A stretch of DNA of 64,000 nucleotides from Mobula hypostoma (lineage: Eukaryota). Under the pieces are notes generated by a model. That model saw nothing but the letters and a program-made list of their open reading frames with translations, was not told where the DNA came from and searched no databases. The stretch covers positions 116,314,001 to 116,378,000 of the forward strand of contig NC_086107.1 in the NCBI RefSeq assembly GCF_963921235.1, in the 5' to 3' direction. Numbering within the stretch: position 1 is the stretch's first letter; every line of letters starts with the position of its first letter. Positions 1 through 11,800 of this stretch are shown here, one piece after another. Position numbers and translations under genes: made by a program.

Positions 1-1110
1 CACACTTCTCCAATCTGTTGACCCTCCCCCAATTATTCAGTTTAATGCCCTATCCACAGCCCTAGTTAGCGATTCGCTGGGATCCAGGCCCCATCCCGGT
101 TCAGGTGGAGCCTGCCCCATTGGTACAGCTTCCTCCTTCCCCAATACTGGTGCCAATTTCCCATGAATTCAAACCCACTTTTCCCACACCGATCCCTAAG
201 CCACACATTTAATTCTCTAATCTTTTTGACCCTAAACCAATTTGCATGTGGCTCAGGTAGTAATCCAGAGATTGTCACCATTTTGGTTTTGCTTTTTAGT
301 TTAGTCCCTAGCTGCTCCAATTCCCTCAGCAGAACCTCTTTCCTCGTTCTACCTATGTCATTGGTACCCACATGGACCATGACAACTGGATCTTTCCCCT
401 CCCACTGCAAATTCCTCTGCAGGTCACGTAAGATGTCCCGAATCCGGACATCAGGCAGGCAACACAGCCTTTGGCACGCTGTATCCTCGTGACAGAGAAC
501 TCTGTCTACTCCCCTGACTATACTATCCCCAATTACCACTAAATTTCTCTTCTCTCCCGCCTCAGGAATGGCTCCCTGAACCACAGTGCCACAGTTAGGC
601 TGCTCATCCTTCCTACAGCCCCACCCTCATCCACACAGGGAGCAAGAATCTCAGACCTGCTGGACAAGCTCAAGGGCTGAGACTCCTCTTGGATCCCACT
701 CCCCACCCCACTCGCAGTCACACCCTCTAGTCCCTGACCACAGACTGAATTTGAAGCAGCTGATCTAACAGGTGTGACTACCTCCTGAAACAGAGAATCC
801 AGGTAACTCTCCCCCTCCCTGATGTGCTGCAGTGTTTGAAGCTCAGATTCCAGGTCATCAACTTTGAGTCTGAGTTCCTCGAGCCGCCAACACTTGCTGC
901 AGATGTGGTCACCAGGAACCACAGTGGGGTCCACCAGCTCCCACATGATGCAGCTACAGCACATCACCTGATCCTACATCATCCCTACTTTAGTTAATTA
1001 GCTGTAATTTAGTGACTTTTTATTCAAGCCTTACCTGTGCCTCCTCACTGAAGCACTTCAGCCAAAGCCTCGAGTTCCCACTCCGACACTGGTCCATTCA
1101 CACAATGGCC
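1..1110 (-). mobile_element. CR1-type LINE 5' portion with frameshifted ORF1 (Cys-pair N-terminus, leucine zipper, SGNH esterase)
   Basis: ORF 539-967 has CCSC...HICSKC and LEELRLKVDDLESEL. ORF 66-584 has VIGDSIVRG, VHVGTNDI and LHLN, the esterase-type ORF1 motifs of CR1 elements. Confidence 0.85.
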
Positions 1111-1919
1111 GCTCTGCTTTACTTTTATTTGCTCCTCTAATGAATCACGAATCGATTGGTCTGCTGCTAATGCGCTGATCCCCATGAAACGCTCCATTTT
1201 TAAACACTCCTCCCCAACCTGCGCAAAGCTCTCTCTGTGAATTGATTGGCCCACCACTATTGCACCAAGCCCGCAAAATGCTCCCTTTTCAAACTCTTCT
1301 TCTTGACCTGTGCGAAGCGCTCCGTCTCTCTCTCTTTGCGAATTGATTGGTCCATCGCTATTGCCATCTCTCCACCTTCACCCAGTGTTGTCCTTGCCCA
1401 CACTCCCACAATATCTCCATGTCTCGTGATTGCCTGCCCCTTTCTTGAGGTGTTTTGTCTCTCTCGTCTCACCAATTCCCGTCTCCCCATCTCCAATCTC
1501 CCACCTTCACCCATTTCCCATCTCCCACCAGTGAATCTGTACCACTCCCCCCCCATCTCCTGTCTCCCCACTGTCTGTCCCTTTATCCCGTGCCCTGTCT
1601 CTTCCTCATCACCCCCCACCCCCATCTACTGTCTTCACCCATCTGTCTCCTGTCTCGCTTGTCTCACCCTGTCACATCCCATCTCTCGTCTTTACTTGTC
1701 TCCTCTTACCCCGACTCCTGTCTCCCCCTCATCTCCCTGCCCTCCCCCGTATCCCCACCTGACCCCATTTCCCGCGTGTCCTGTCTCTTCCTTGTTTCAC
1801 CGTCTCTGTCATCTTCTGTCTCCGTCTCCACTTCATCACTCCCATCGTCTCCTTGTCTCCCCAGCAGCACTCTGCAGATTTCCTTACTGTAACTTTTCAT
1901 TCTCTGCCTCCCTCCCCAG

Positions 1920-2033
1920 GACTGTGGACGGGGCAACTGCCCTTGCTGCCCCCTCTGTGACTGTGCCTGTGCCTTCCAGCTGCCCGACTGTGAGACCACC
2001 AACTGCATCTGCTTTGAGATCAAACTCCGCTGA
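1920..2033 (+). CDS. Putative terminal coding exon of an unidentified Cys-rich protein (DCGRGNCPCCPLCDCACAFQLPDCETTNCICFEIKLR*)
   Basis: Strong acceptor (ttttcattctctgcctccctccccag) at 1918-1919, then a phase-0 frame of 37 aa with 10 Cys ending TGA 2031-2033. Non-repetitive sequence; upstream exons not seen in the window. Confidence 0.65.
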   Translation, partial: DCGRGNCPCCPLCDCACAFQLPDCETTNCICFEIKLR

Positions 2034-2376
2034 TGGGGAGAGGACATTCCCTCAGTCCTTCATTCGGCCTTCCAGTGGCTTGGTAATCCACAATATCAGA
2101 GCAGAATGAGGCCATTCAACCCATTGTCTGCTCACGCATTCTAACCCATTCCCATTCTCCCACCCTCTCTGTTCCCCCCATTATCCATCAAGAACCTATC
2201 AATCTCTGCCTTAAATACCATCAATGACCAGCCCTCCACAGCTGTCCTTGCCAACGAATCCCACTGATCACCACCTTACAGCTGAGGAAATTCCTCCTTG
2301 TCTCATTTCTAAATGAGGTCCCTTTCACTGATGCTATGCTATTGGATCACAGTCTATGCCACTACTGGAGACATCC

Positions 2377-3290
2377 ATAGAACATAGAACATAAAATAGT
2401 ACAGCACAGTACAGGCCCTTCGGCCCACTATGTTGTGCCGACCCTCAAACCCTGCCTCCCATATAACCCCCCACCTTAAATTCCTCCATATACCTGTCTA
2501 GTAGTCTCTTAAACTTCACTAGTGTATCTGCCTCCACCACTGACTCAGGCAGTGCATTCCACGCACGAACCACTCTCTGAGTAAAAAACCTTCCTCTAAT
2601 ATCCCCCTTGAACTTCCCACCCCTTACCTTAAAGCCTTGTCCTCTTGTATTGAGCAGTGGTGCCCTGGGGAAGAGGCGCTGGCTACCCACTCTATCTATT
2701 CCTCTTATTATCTTGTACACATCTATCATGTCTCCTCTCATCCTCCTTCTCTCCAAAGAGTAAAGCCCAAGCTCCCTTAATCTCTGATCATAATGCATAC
2801 TCTCTAAACCAGGCAGCATCCTGGTAAATCTCCTCTGTACCCTTTCCAATGCTTTCACATACTTCCTATAGTGAGGCGACCAGAACTGGACACAGTACTC
2901 CAAGTGCCCTCTGCTTTTAGAAACCATAGAAACTACAGCACAGAAACAGGCCTTTTGGCCCTTCTTGGCTGTGCCGAACCATTTTCTGCCTAGTCCCACT
3001 GACCTGCACACAGACCATATCCCTCCATACACCTCCCATCCATGTATCTGTCCAATTTATTCTTAAATGTTAAAAAAGAACCTGCATTTACCACCTTGTC
3101 TGGCAGCTCATTCCATACTCCCACCACTCTCTGTGTGAAGAAGCCCCCCCTAATGTTCCCTTTAAACTTTCCCCCCCTCACCCTTAACCCATGTCCTCTG
3201 GTTTTTTTCTCCCCTTGCCTCAGTGGAAAAAGCCTGCTTGCATTCACTCTATCCATACCCATCATAATTTTATATACCTCTTATTAAATC
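2377..3290 (-). mobile_element. Two adjacent, relatively young CR1 3'-end fragments
   Basis: ORFs 2445-3032 and 2990-3265 carry HLEYCVQFWSP, LERVQRRFTRM, TRGH and FFTQRVV..WN. Short tandem tails (catagaa)n at about 2377 and (tagaaacca) at about 2918. Confidence 0.9.
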
Positions 3291-4250
3291 TCCCCTCATT
3301 TTTCAATGAGATCTTCCCCCTCCTCCTGACCCCAGTCGAGTAGAGGCCCAGGACCCCAGTGGCTCCTCCTGTGTCAAGCCGTCTCCATCCAGGGACCGTC
3401 CTTCTGAATCTCCCCTTTCCAATGGCAGCACACAGGGCCCAAAACTGCTCACAGTACTCCAAGTGCGTCTGACTGATTCCCTATGTACAGCCTCACTGGT
3501 ACAGGTCGACCTTCACTAATCCGACTACCTGTAATCTGGTTTCTTCCATACTCTGGCACTGATCATGCTTAATGTGATCCTTCTGTAATTCGGCATTTTC
3601 ACTAATCCGGTCCCAGTGGTGCTGGATTAGAGAAGGTCGACCTGTACAACGTGGAACAATACAGTACAGGCCCTTCGGCCCTCGATGTTGTACCGACCTC
3701 GTAACCTACTCCACCATCAATCTAACCCTTCCCACCCACACAGTCCATCATTTTTCTTTCATCCATGTGCCAATCTAAAAGTCTCTGACACTATCCCTGA
3801 GAGGGCATCCCGCACATCCACCACTCTCTGTGTAAAAATGCCCCCTGACATCCCCCTATACTTTCCTTCAATCATTTTAGCATTATGCCCCCACATATTA
3901 GCCATGTGTACCCTGGGAGGAAGGGGTATTATAGCAGCCCCTATTTGCCATTTCTACCACAGGATACAGGCACTGGTTGTGCCTCACTAACTTGTATACC
4001 CGCGTCAGATCACCTTTCATCCTCCTGCATATTCTAAAGGGGAAAACCCTAGCTTGCTTAAACTTTCCTCATACAACATGCTCTCTAAACCAGGCCGCAT
4101 CCTGGTGAATCTCCTCTGCACCCTCTCTAAGCCTTCTACATCTTCCTGTAATGATGCAACGAGAACTGAACACAATATTCCAAGTGTGGTCTGACCAGGG
4201 TTGCAGATCTTGAACTCAATCCCCCGACTAATGAAGGCCACCTTGTGCCT
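3290..4250 (-). mobile_element. Degenerate CR1 ORF2 3' fragments
   Basis: Fragmentary LEYC.QFW and ERVQRRFTRM motifs in ORFs 3262-3462 and 4017-4241. Confidence 0.75.
3502..3644. mobile_element. 143-bp Tc1/mariner-superfamily MITE
   Basis: 21-bp terminal inverted repeats (caggtcgaccttcactaatcc / ggattagagaaggtcgacctg, 1 mismatch) flanked by TA on both sides (3500-3501, 3645-3646). Confidence 0.85.
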
Positions 4251-4429
4251 TCATGTTCGAGTCCTGGGTGAATGAGAAGGGAGGGGACCAGTATATCTAC
4301 CTCGAGGGGTGGTGTAAGTTGAAACTTTGTACTTTGCGCGGTTTTGTATATGATATTAAATATCTTTTACACCCACCCTCGTCCTCACCAGCTCTGGGTC
4401 TCTGTCCAGGAAAGATACTGTGGAATATC

Positions 4430-5570
4430 GCAATGAGTACAGACTGGGGGTGAGGGAGCCATTCGTGTCTGTCCCAGGGGTTCTCGATTCCCACACTGGG
4501 GGTTGAGGTAGAGGAAGCCTCACACAGTCTGTACCCACTGTCTCTGTCCTGGAATTCCCACACTGGGGGGTGAGGTAGAGGGTGTGTGTGTGTCTGGTAC
4601 CTGTCCCCGGAGCTCTCTATACACACTGGGTACAGACTGGCGGGGGCGGTGAGGTAGAGGGAGCATGTGTGTCTGATACCTGGCCTGGGAGCTCTCTATA
4701 CTCACACTGGGTACAGACTGGGGGGTGAGGTAGAGGGAGCGTGTGTGTCTGATACCTGGCCTGGGAGCTCTCGATGTCCACACTGGGTACATACTGGGGG
4801 GTGAGGTAGAGGGAGCGTGTGTGTCTGATACCTGGCCTGGGAGCTCTCTATACTCACACTGGGTACAGACTGGGGGGTGAGGTAGAGGGAGCGTGTGTGT
4901 CTGATACCTGACCTGGGAGCTCTCTATACTCACACTGGGTACAGATTTGGGGGGTGAGGTAGAGGGAGCGTGTGTGTCTGATACCTGGCCTGGGAGCTCT
5001 CTATACTCACACTGGGTACAGATTTGGGGGGTGAGGTAGAGGGAGCGTGTGTGTCTGATACCTGGCCTGGGGGCTCTCTATGTCCACACTGGGTACAGAC
5101 TGGGGGGTGAGGTAGAGGGAGCGTGTGTGTCTGATACCTGGCCTGGGAGCTCTCTATACCCACACTGGGTATAGATTTGGGGGGGTGAGGTAGAGGGAGC
5201 CGTGTGTGTCTGATACCTGTCCCGGGAGCTCTCTATGTCCACACTGGGTACAGACTGGGGGGTGAGGTAGAGGGAGCGTGTGTGTCTGATACCTGGCCTG
5301 GGAGCTCTCTATACCCACACTGGGTATAGATTTGGGGGGTGAGGTAGAGGGAGCCGTGTGTGTCTGATACCTGTCCCGGGAGCTCTCTATGTCCACACTG
5401 GGTACAGACTGGGGGGGGGGGGGGCAGGTGAGGTAGAGGGAGTGTGTGTGCAGTACCTGGCCTGGGAGACCTCAGAGCCCACAGTGGATACAGACTGGGG
5501 GTTGAGGGGGAGGGACCTGCCCCGAGGGCTCTCTATACCCACACTGGGTACAGGCTGGGGGGTGGGGTGT
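4430..5570. repeat. ~76-bp minisatellite
   Basis: Unit gtgtgtgtctgatacctggcctgggagctctctatactcacactgggtacagactggggggtgaggtagagggagc; period 76 (4741 to 4817); degenerate edge units. Confidence 0.95.
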
Positions 5571-5584
5571 GTGTGTATTAGAGA

Positions 5585-7420
5585 AAACACAGAACTGTAC
5601 TGCACAGGAACCACAATGTTGGGCCAAACTAGTTCAACTAATCTCATTGAATTCTTTCAGCCTACACTGTAGCATCTCCCTCTATATCCATGCGTCTGTC
5701 TAAGTCTCCACCGTCACCGTGGCAGTATGTTACAGGCACCCACCATTCTGCCTTAAAAAATTCTTCACCGAACATCTGCTGTGAACTTATGCAACACTCA
5801 CAAAATGCTGGAGGAACTCAGCCAGGCAGCATCTGTGGGGAGGAATAATGAGTCGGTTTCGTCAGGACTGGAAAGGAGGGGGGCAGGGAAGAGGAGGGAT
5901 GAAGAAGTAATAAGCTGGTAGGTGAGAGGAGGAAGGGATCAATAGGACAGGACAGTGGGCCACGGGAGGAATGGAGGGTCTCCAGATAATGGGTAGGTGA
6001 GGTACCAGCTGTTTACTCTATCTGTGCCTCTTGTAATTTCTCAGATCTCCCGTAAGCCTCCACCTCTCTGGAGAAAACAACCCAAGTTTGTCCAGCCTCT
6101 CCTTACAGCTCAGGCCTCTAATCCAGGAAGCACCCTGGTGAATCTCCCCTGCACTCTCTCCAAAGCCCCCACACCCTTCCAGAACTGAATGTAATACTCC
6201 AGATGTGGCCTGACTAGAGTTTGATATTGCTTAACATAACTTCTCAATTCTTGAACCTAGCGTCTCGACTGATAAAGGCAGGTGTGCCATACACACCTTC
6301 AGGCCTTCTTTACCAGCCTGTTAACCTGTGGGGCCCTTCCAGGGAGCTGCGGACTTGGAGCCCAAGAGCCCTCTGTACATCCAACACTGTTAGGGGTCCT
6401 GTCCCTTTATAGGTGACCTCCAAATGTAACATTTCAGAGCATAAAGCAGAAAGTCATAGGAGCAGAATGAAGCGGTTCAGCTCATTGAGCCATGGCTGAT
6501 TTAGACAACAGGTGCAGGAGTAGGCCATTCGGCCCCTCGAGCCAGCACCCCCATTCACTGTGATCATGGCTGATCATCCACAATCAGTACCCCGTTCCTG
6601 CCTTCTCCCCATATCCTTCACTCTGCTATCATTAAGAGCGCTATCTAACTCTTTCTTGAAAGAATCAAGAGAATTGGCCTCCACTGCCTTCTGAGGCAGA
6701 GCATTCCACAGATCCACAACCCTCTGTGTGAAAAAGTTTTTCCTCAACTCCGTTCTAAATGGCCTACCCCTTATTCTCAAACTGTGCCCTCTGGTTCTGG
6801 ACTCACCCATCAGTGGGAACAGGCTTCCTGCCTGCAGCGTGTCCAATCCCTTAATAATCTTAGATGTTTCAATCAGATCCCCTCTCAGCCTTCTAAATTC
6901 CAGAGTATACAAGCCCAGTCGCTCCAATCTTTCAACATATGACAGTCCCACCATCCCGGGAATTAACCTCGTGAACCTACGCTGCACTCCCTCAATAGCA
7001 AGAATGTCTTTCCTCAAATTTAGAGACCAAAACTGTACACAATATTCCAGGTGTGGTCTCACCAGGGCCCTGTACAGCTGCAGAAGGACCTCTTTGCTCT
7101 TATACTCAACTCCCCTTGTTATGAAGGCCAACATGCCATTAGCTTTCTTCACTGCCTGCTGTACTTGCATGCTTACTTTCAGTGACTGATGTACAAGGAC
7201 ACCTAGATCTCGTTGTACTTCCCCTTTTCCTAACTTGACACCATTCAGATAGTAATCTGCCTTCCTGTTCTTGCCACCAAAGTGGATAACCTCACATTTA
7301 TCCACATTAAACTGCATCTGCCCACTCACCCAGCCTCTCCAAGTCACCCCGCATTCTCATAACATCCTCTGCACATTTCACACTGTCACCCAGCTTTGTG
7401 TCATCGGCAAATTTGCTAAA
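5585..7420 (-). mobile_element. Nested CR1 3' fragments, including a well-preserved RT C-terminal segment (ORF 6574-7347), with a Penelope-type insert at ~5790-6000
   Basis: QMQFNVDKCEVIHFG, RDLGVLV, LYRALVRPHLEYCVQFW and FFTQRVVDLWNALP motifs. Confidence 0.9.
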
Positions 7421-7619
7421 ATTACTTTCCATCCCATTCTCCTGCCTTTCCCCCGTTACCTTTGACGCTGAGTAACCAAAAACCAATCAAACTCCGCTTT
7501 AAATATACGGCCTCCAAAGCCATCGGTGGCAATAAAGTCCAGATTCACCAAGAAATTCAAATAAGTTCACTCTTCAAAGTAAACGTTTATTATCAACATG
7601 TGGCCATTTTATCAAGCAC

Positions 7620-7755
7620 ACGCACACATTAGGCAAATATCTAATCAGCCAATCTTGTGGCAGCAACTCCAGGACTAAAGGCATGCAGACACGGTCAAGA
7701 CCAGAGTGGGAAAGAAACGATTCTGAGCACGGAATGATTGTTGGTGCCAGACGCG
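7620..7755 (+). mobile_element. Tc1-like transposon fragment
   Basis: Encodes EHGMIVGARR, typical of the Tc1 transposase N-terminal HTH; short and degenerate. Confidence 0.5.
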
Positions 7756-7817
7756 GTGGGGAGGGAGAGAGAAAGAGACGGACGGGTGTCAGGGAGAGGG
7801 AGGGTGTGTCGGGGAGA

Positions 7818-8155
7818 GAGAGACGGGCGTCGGGGAGCGGGAGAGGGAGACGGGCGTCGGGGAGCGGGAGAGGGAGACGGGCGTCGGGGAGCGGGAGAGG
7901 GAGACGGGCGTCGGGGAGCGGGAGAGGGAGACGGGCGTCGGGGAGCGGGAGAGGGAGACGGGCGTCGGGGAGCGGGAGAGGGAGACGGGCGTCGGGGAGC
8001 GGGAGAGGGAGACGGGCGTCGGGGAGCGGGAGAGGGAGACGGGCGTCGGGGAGCGGGAGAGGGAGACGGGCGTCGGGGAGCGGGAGAGGGAGACGGGCGT
8101 CGGGGAGCGGGAGACGGGCGTCGGGGAGAGGGAGACGGGCGTCGGGGAGAGGGAG
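7818..8155. repeat. 27-bp purine-rich minisatellite
   Basis: (gagacgggcgtcggggagcgggagagg)n, about 12 copies. Confidence 0.95.
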
Positions 8156-8259
8156 GAAGATTCACTTTTTCACTGGCATTTACAGGATAAAGAAATACAA
8201 TCAAATTTACAAAAACCTGATAAACAAAGACATACAGCCAATGTGCAAAGACCGCAAAC

Positions 8260-8440
8260 GAGAACATCTGCAGGGTCTGGAAATCTGAGCAACACACACA
8301 AAGCACTGGAGGAGCTCAGCAGGCCGGGCAGCATCTATGGAAAAAAGTACAGTCAATGTTTCGGGCCAAAAAGTCAACTACATTTTCCATAGATGCTGCC
8401 TGGCCTGCTGAGTTCCTCCAACATTTTGTGTGTGTTGCAA
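8260..8440. mobile_element. Palindromic short element of the Penelope-like terminal-repeat family
   Basis: Inverted arms gcaacacacacaaa..ctggagga.ctcagcaggcc.ggcagcatctatggaaaa / ttttccatagatgctgcctggcctgctgagttcctcca.cattttgtgtgtgttgc. The same sequence family terminates the GIY-YIG fragment at 37665-38320; related copy at ~34520-34650. Confidence 0.65.
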
Positions 8441-8874
8441 AAGAAGACATTGTGCAAATTAAGAATAATACTAAGAATAAGAGTTATATAGAACCCAAGA
8501 AAGCGAGCCTGCAGAAGCTTGATGGAATCAGTTCAGAGTTGAGGATAGTTAATATGTCCCCTCTGGTTCAGGAGCAGGAGCCTGATGGCTGAGGGGTAAT
8601 AATGGAAAGAGAGCAGGCCCTGGATGCTGGGGTCCTTGCTAGAAGCTGCTTTCTTGTGGCAGTGTTCAGTGGTGGGGAGGACTTTTCTCCTGATAGACTA
8701 TGTCCACCAGTTTCTGCAGCCATTTCTATACCAGGTTGTGATGCAACCAGTAAGAATACTCCCTAATGTACATTGACAGAATTTGTCAGTTTTTGGTGGG
8801 ATACCAAATCTACACAAACTTCTGAAAAAAAGCAGAGATGCTGTCATCCCTTCTTTGTGATTGTACGTGCTGAC

Positions 8875-11800
8875 TTGGCCTCCTGTGGCAATGAATTCCC
8901 TGGCTAAAGAAATTCTTCTCATCTCTACAGGATGGCCCTCTGTCCTGAAGCTGCACCCTCTGGTCCTAGACTCCCCACCTGTAAGAAACATCCTCTCTAC
9001 ATCTACTTTATTAAGGCCTTTCAAAATTCAATGCATTTCAATGAGATACCCTCTTGTTCTTCTAAACTTCAGTGAGTAGAGGCCCAGAGCCATATACATT
9101 AACTTTTTAATTCCCAGGATCATTTTTGCGAACCTCCTCCGGATCCTCTCCAATGCCAACATATCCTTTCTCAGATAAAGAGCCCAAGTCTGCTCACAAC
9201 ACTCAAAGTGCAAAGTCTCAGCATTACATCCTTGCTTTTATACAGTGTTCTATTCCTCTTGAAATGAATGCTAACATTGCATTTGCTTTCTTCGCTACTC
9301 ACTCAACCCGCAAAATAACCTTTAGGGAATCCTGCACAAGAACTCCCAAGTCCCTTTGCACTTTGGGTTTTTCAATTTTCTCCCCGTTTAGAAAATAAGT
9401 ATGCCCTTACTGCTTCTACCGAAGTGCACTATATTCCATCTTCCACTTCTTTGCCCATTCTAATCTGCCTAAATCCTTTTGCAGGCTCCCTGTTTCCTCA
9501 ACATTACCTGCCCCTCCACCTATCTTCATATCGTCTTCATATTTTGCAACAAAGCCATCATTTCTATAATGTGAATCATTGACGTATAATATAAAAAGAA
9601 TTGGTCCCAACAGACCCCTGTAGAACACCATTAGTCACTGTCAGCCAGTCAGAAAAGGTTCCCTTTATTCCCACTCTTTGCCTCCTGCCAATTGGCCACT
9701 GCTTTATCCTGCTAGAAACTTTCCTGTAATACCACGGGCTCGTAGCTTGTTAAGCAGCCTCATGTATGACACCTTGTCAAAGACCTTCTGAAAACCCAAG
9801 TACATAACATCCACTAACTCTCCTTTGTCAATCCTGCCTGTTATTTTCTCAAAGAATTCCAACAGGTTTGTCAGGCAAGATCTTCTCTTAAGGAAATCAT
9901 GTTGACTTCAGCCTTTATCATGTGCCAAGTATCCCGAAACCACATTCTTAACAATCAACTCCAATCTTCCCAGCCGCTGTGGTCAGACTAACTGGCCTAT
10001 AATTTCCTTTCTTCTGCCTCTCTCCCTTCTTAGAGTTGAGTAACATTTGCAATTTTCCAGTTCTCCAGTGATTCTTGAAAGATCATTATTAATGTCTTCA
10101 CAGTCTCTTTCAGAACCCTGGGGTGTAGTGCAGGTGACTTACCTACCTTCAGACCTTTCAGTTTCCCGAGCACCTTCTCCCTGGTAATAGCAACTACACT
10201 CACTTCTGCCTATTCTCCAATTTTTGGCATGCTACGTAGCTATTCAGTTTGTCTGCCATTTCTTTGTCCATTACTACATCTCCAGCATCATTTCTAACGG
10301 CTTGATATTAACTCTCGTCTCTCTTTTACTATTTATATAACTAAAAAATCACTTGGTATCCTCTTTTATATTATTGGCTAGTTTACCTTCATATTCCACA
10401 TTCTCTCTCCTTATGCCTTTTTTAGTTTCCTTCTGTTGGATTTTAAAAGCTTTCTAACCCTCTAATTTTGCTGTAAGACCTCCTTTTTGCTTTTATGCTG
10501 TTACCTCATCCTCACTTTGGAATGCTTCTTCATCTTTGGGATGTATCTGAACCTTCTGAATTTCCCCCAGAAACTCTAGCCACCATCCCTGCCAGTGTCC
10601 TCCTGCAATAACTTCAGCCAGCTCCTCTCTCATGCCTCTGTAATTCTCTTTACTCCACTATAATACTGACACATCTGACTTTAGCTTCTCCAACTCGTAT
10701 TGCAGGGAGAATCCCATCACATTATGATCACTTTCTCCTAACAGTACCTTTATCTTAAGCTCCCTAATCCAATCTGGTTCATTCACAACTGCCTTTTCCC
10801 TAGTGGAAAGCTGCTCTAAAAAGCCATCTCACACACAAATTCCATCTCTTGGGATCCAGCACCAACCTGATTTTCCCAATCTCCCTATACTGTATATCAA
10901 AGCACCCCTCCCTCATTGCCCTTTTGACATGCATTTTCCATCTCCCTTTGTTATTTGTAGCCTACATCCTAGCTACTGTTTGGGTGTCTGACCCAGAATA
11001 AATCCCATTCTGGGTCGTTTTACTCTTGTAGTTTCTTAACTCTACCAATAAGGATTCTATATCTTCTGATCCTATGTTACCTCCTCCCAACGATTTGATT
11101 TAATTTTTTTCTACCAGAAGTGCCACACCACCCCCTCTGTCCTTTCAATATGATGGGTATCATTGGATGTTAAGCTCCGAACTACGATTTTCTTGCAGTC
11201 ATGCCTCCGATGTCTACACCGCCATACACACAAATCTCTTAACTTATTCCACAGTCAAATGCAACACTTCAGTCCTGTATTCACCACTTTTGAATTTGTC
11301 TCCATGTAACTTGAAGGTAAATTCTCAGTCCTTTTTATTTCCTTTGTCAAGTCTTTAGAACAGAATATTACTGAAGAATCCAGGCCCTTCAGCCCACAAT
11401 GTTGTAATCAACCTTTTAACCTACTCCATGATCAATCTAACCCTTCCCTCCCACACAGCCCTCAAAATCCAAAGTAAATCTAACACCATATGCAACCCTA
11501 AGATTCATTTTCTTGCAGGCATTCTGCTTTTTCCATCATCCATGTGCCTATCTAAATTTCTTAAATTCCCCTTAAAATATTTGTCTCCAGCACCACAGCT
11601 GGCAGTGCATGTGTAAAAAAAATCCTACCTCTGACATCTCCCTGTGCTTTTCTTTAGTCACCCTGGTTCAGACATTTCCACCCTGAGAAAAACTCTCCAG
11701 TTATCCACGCAATTTATGCCTCATATTGTTTTGTCCACCTCTATCAAGTCACCTCTCATCCTCCTTCGCTCCGAAGAGAAAAGCACCAGCTCACTCAGCC

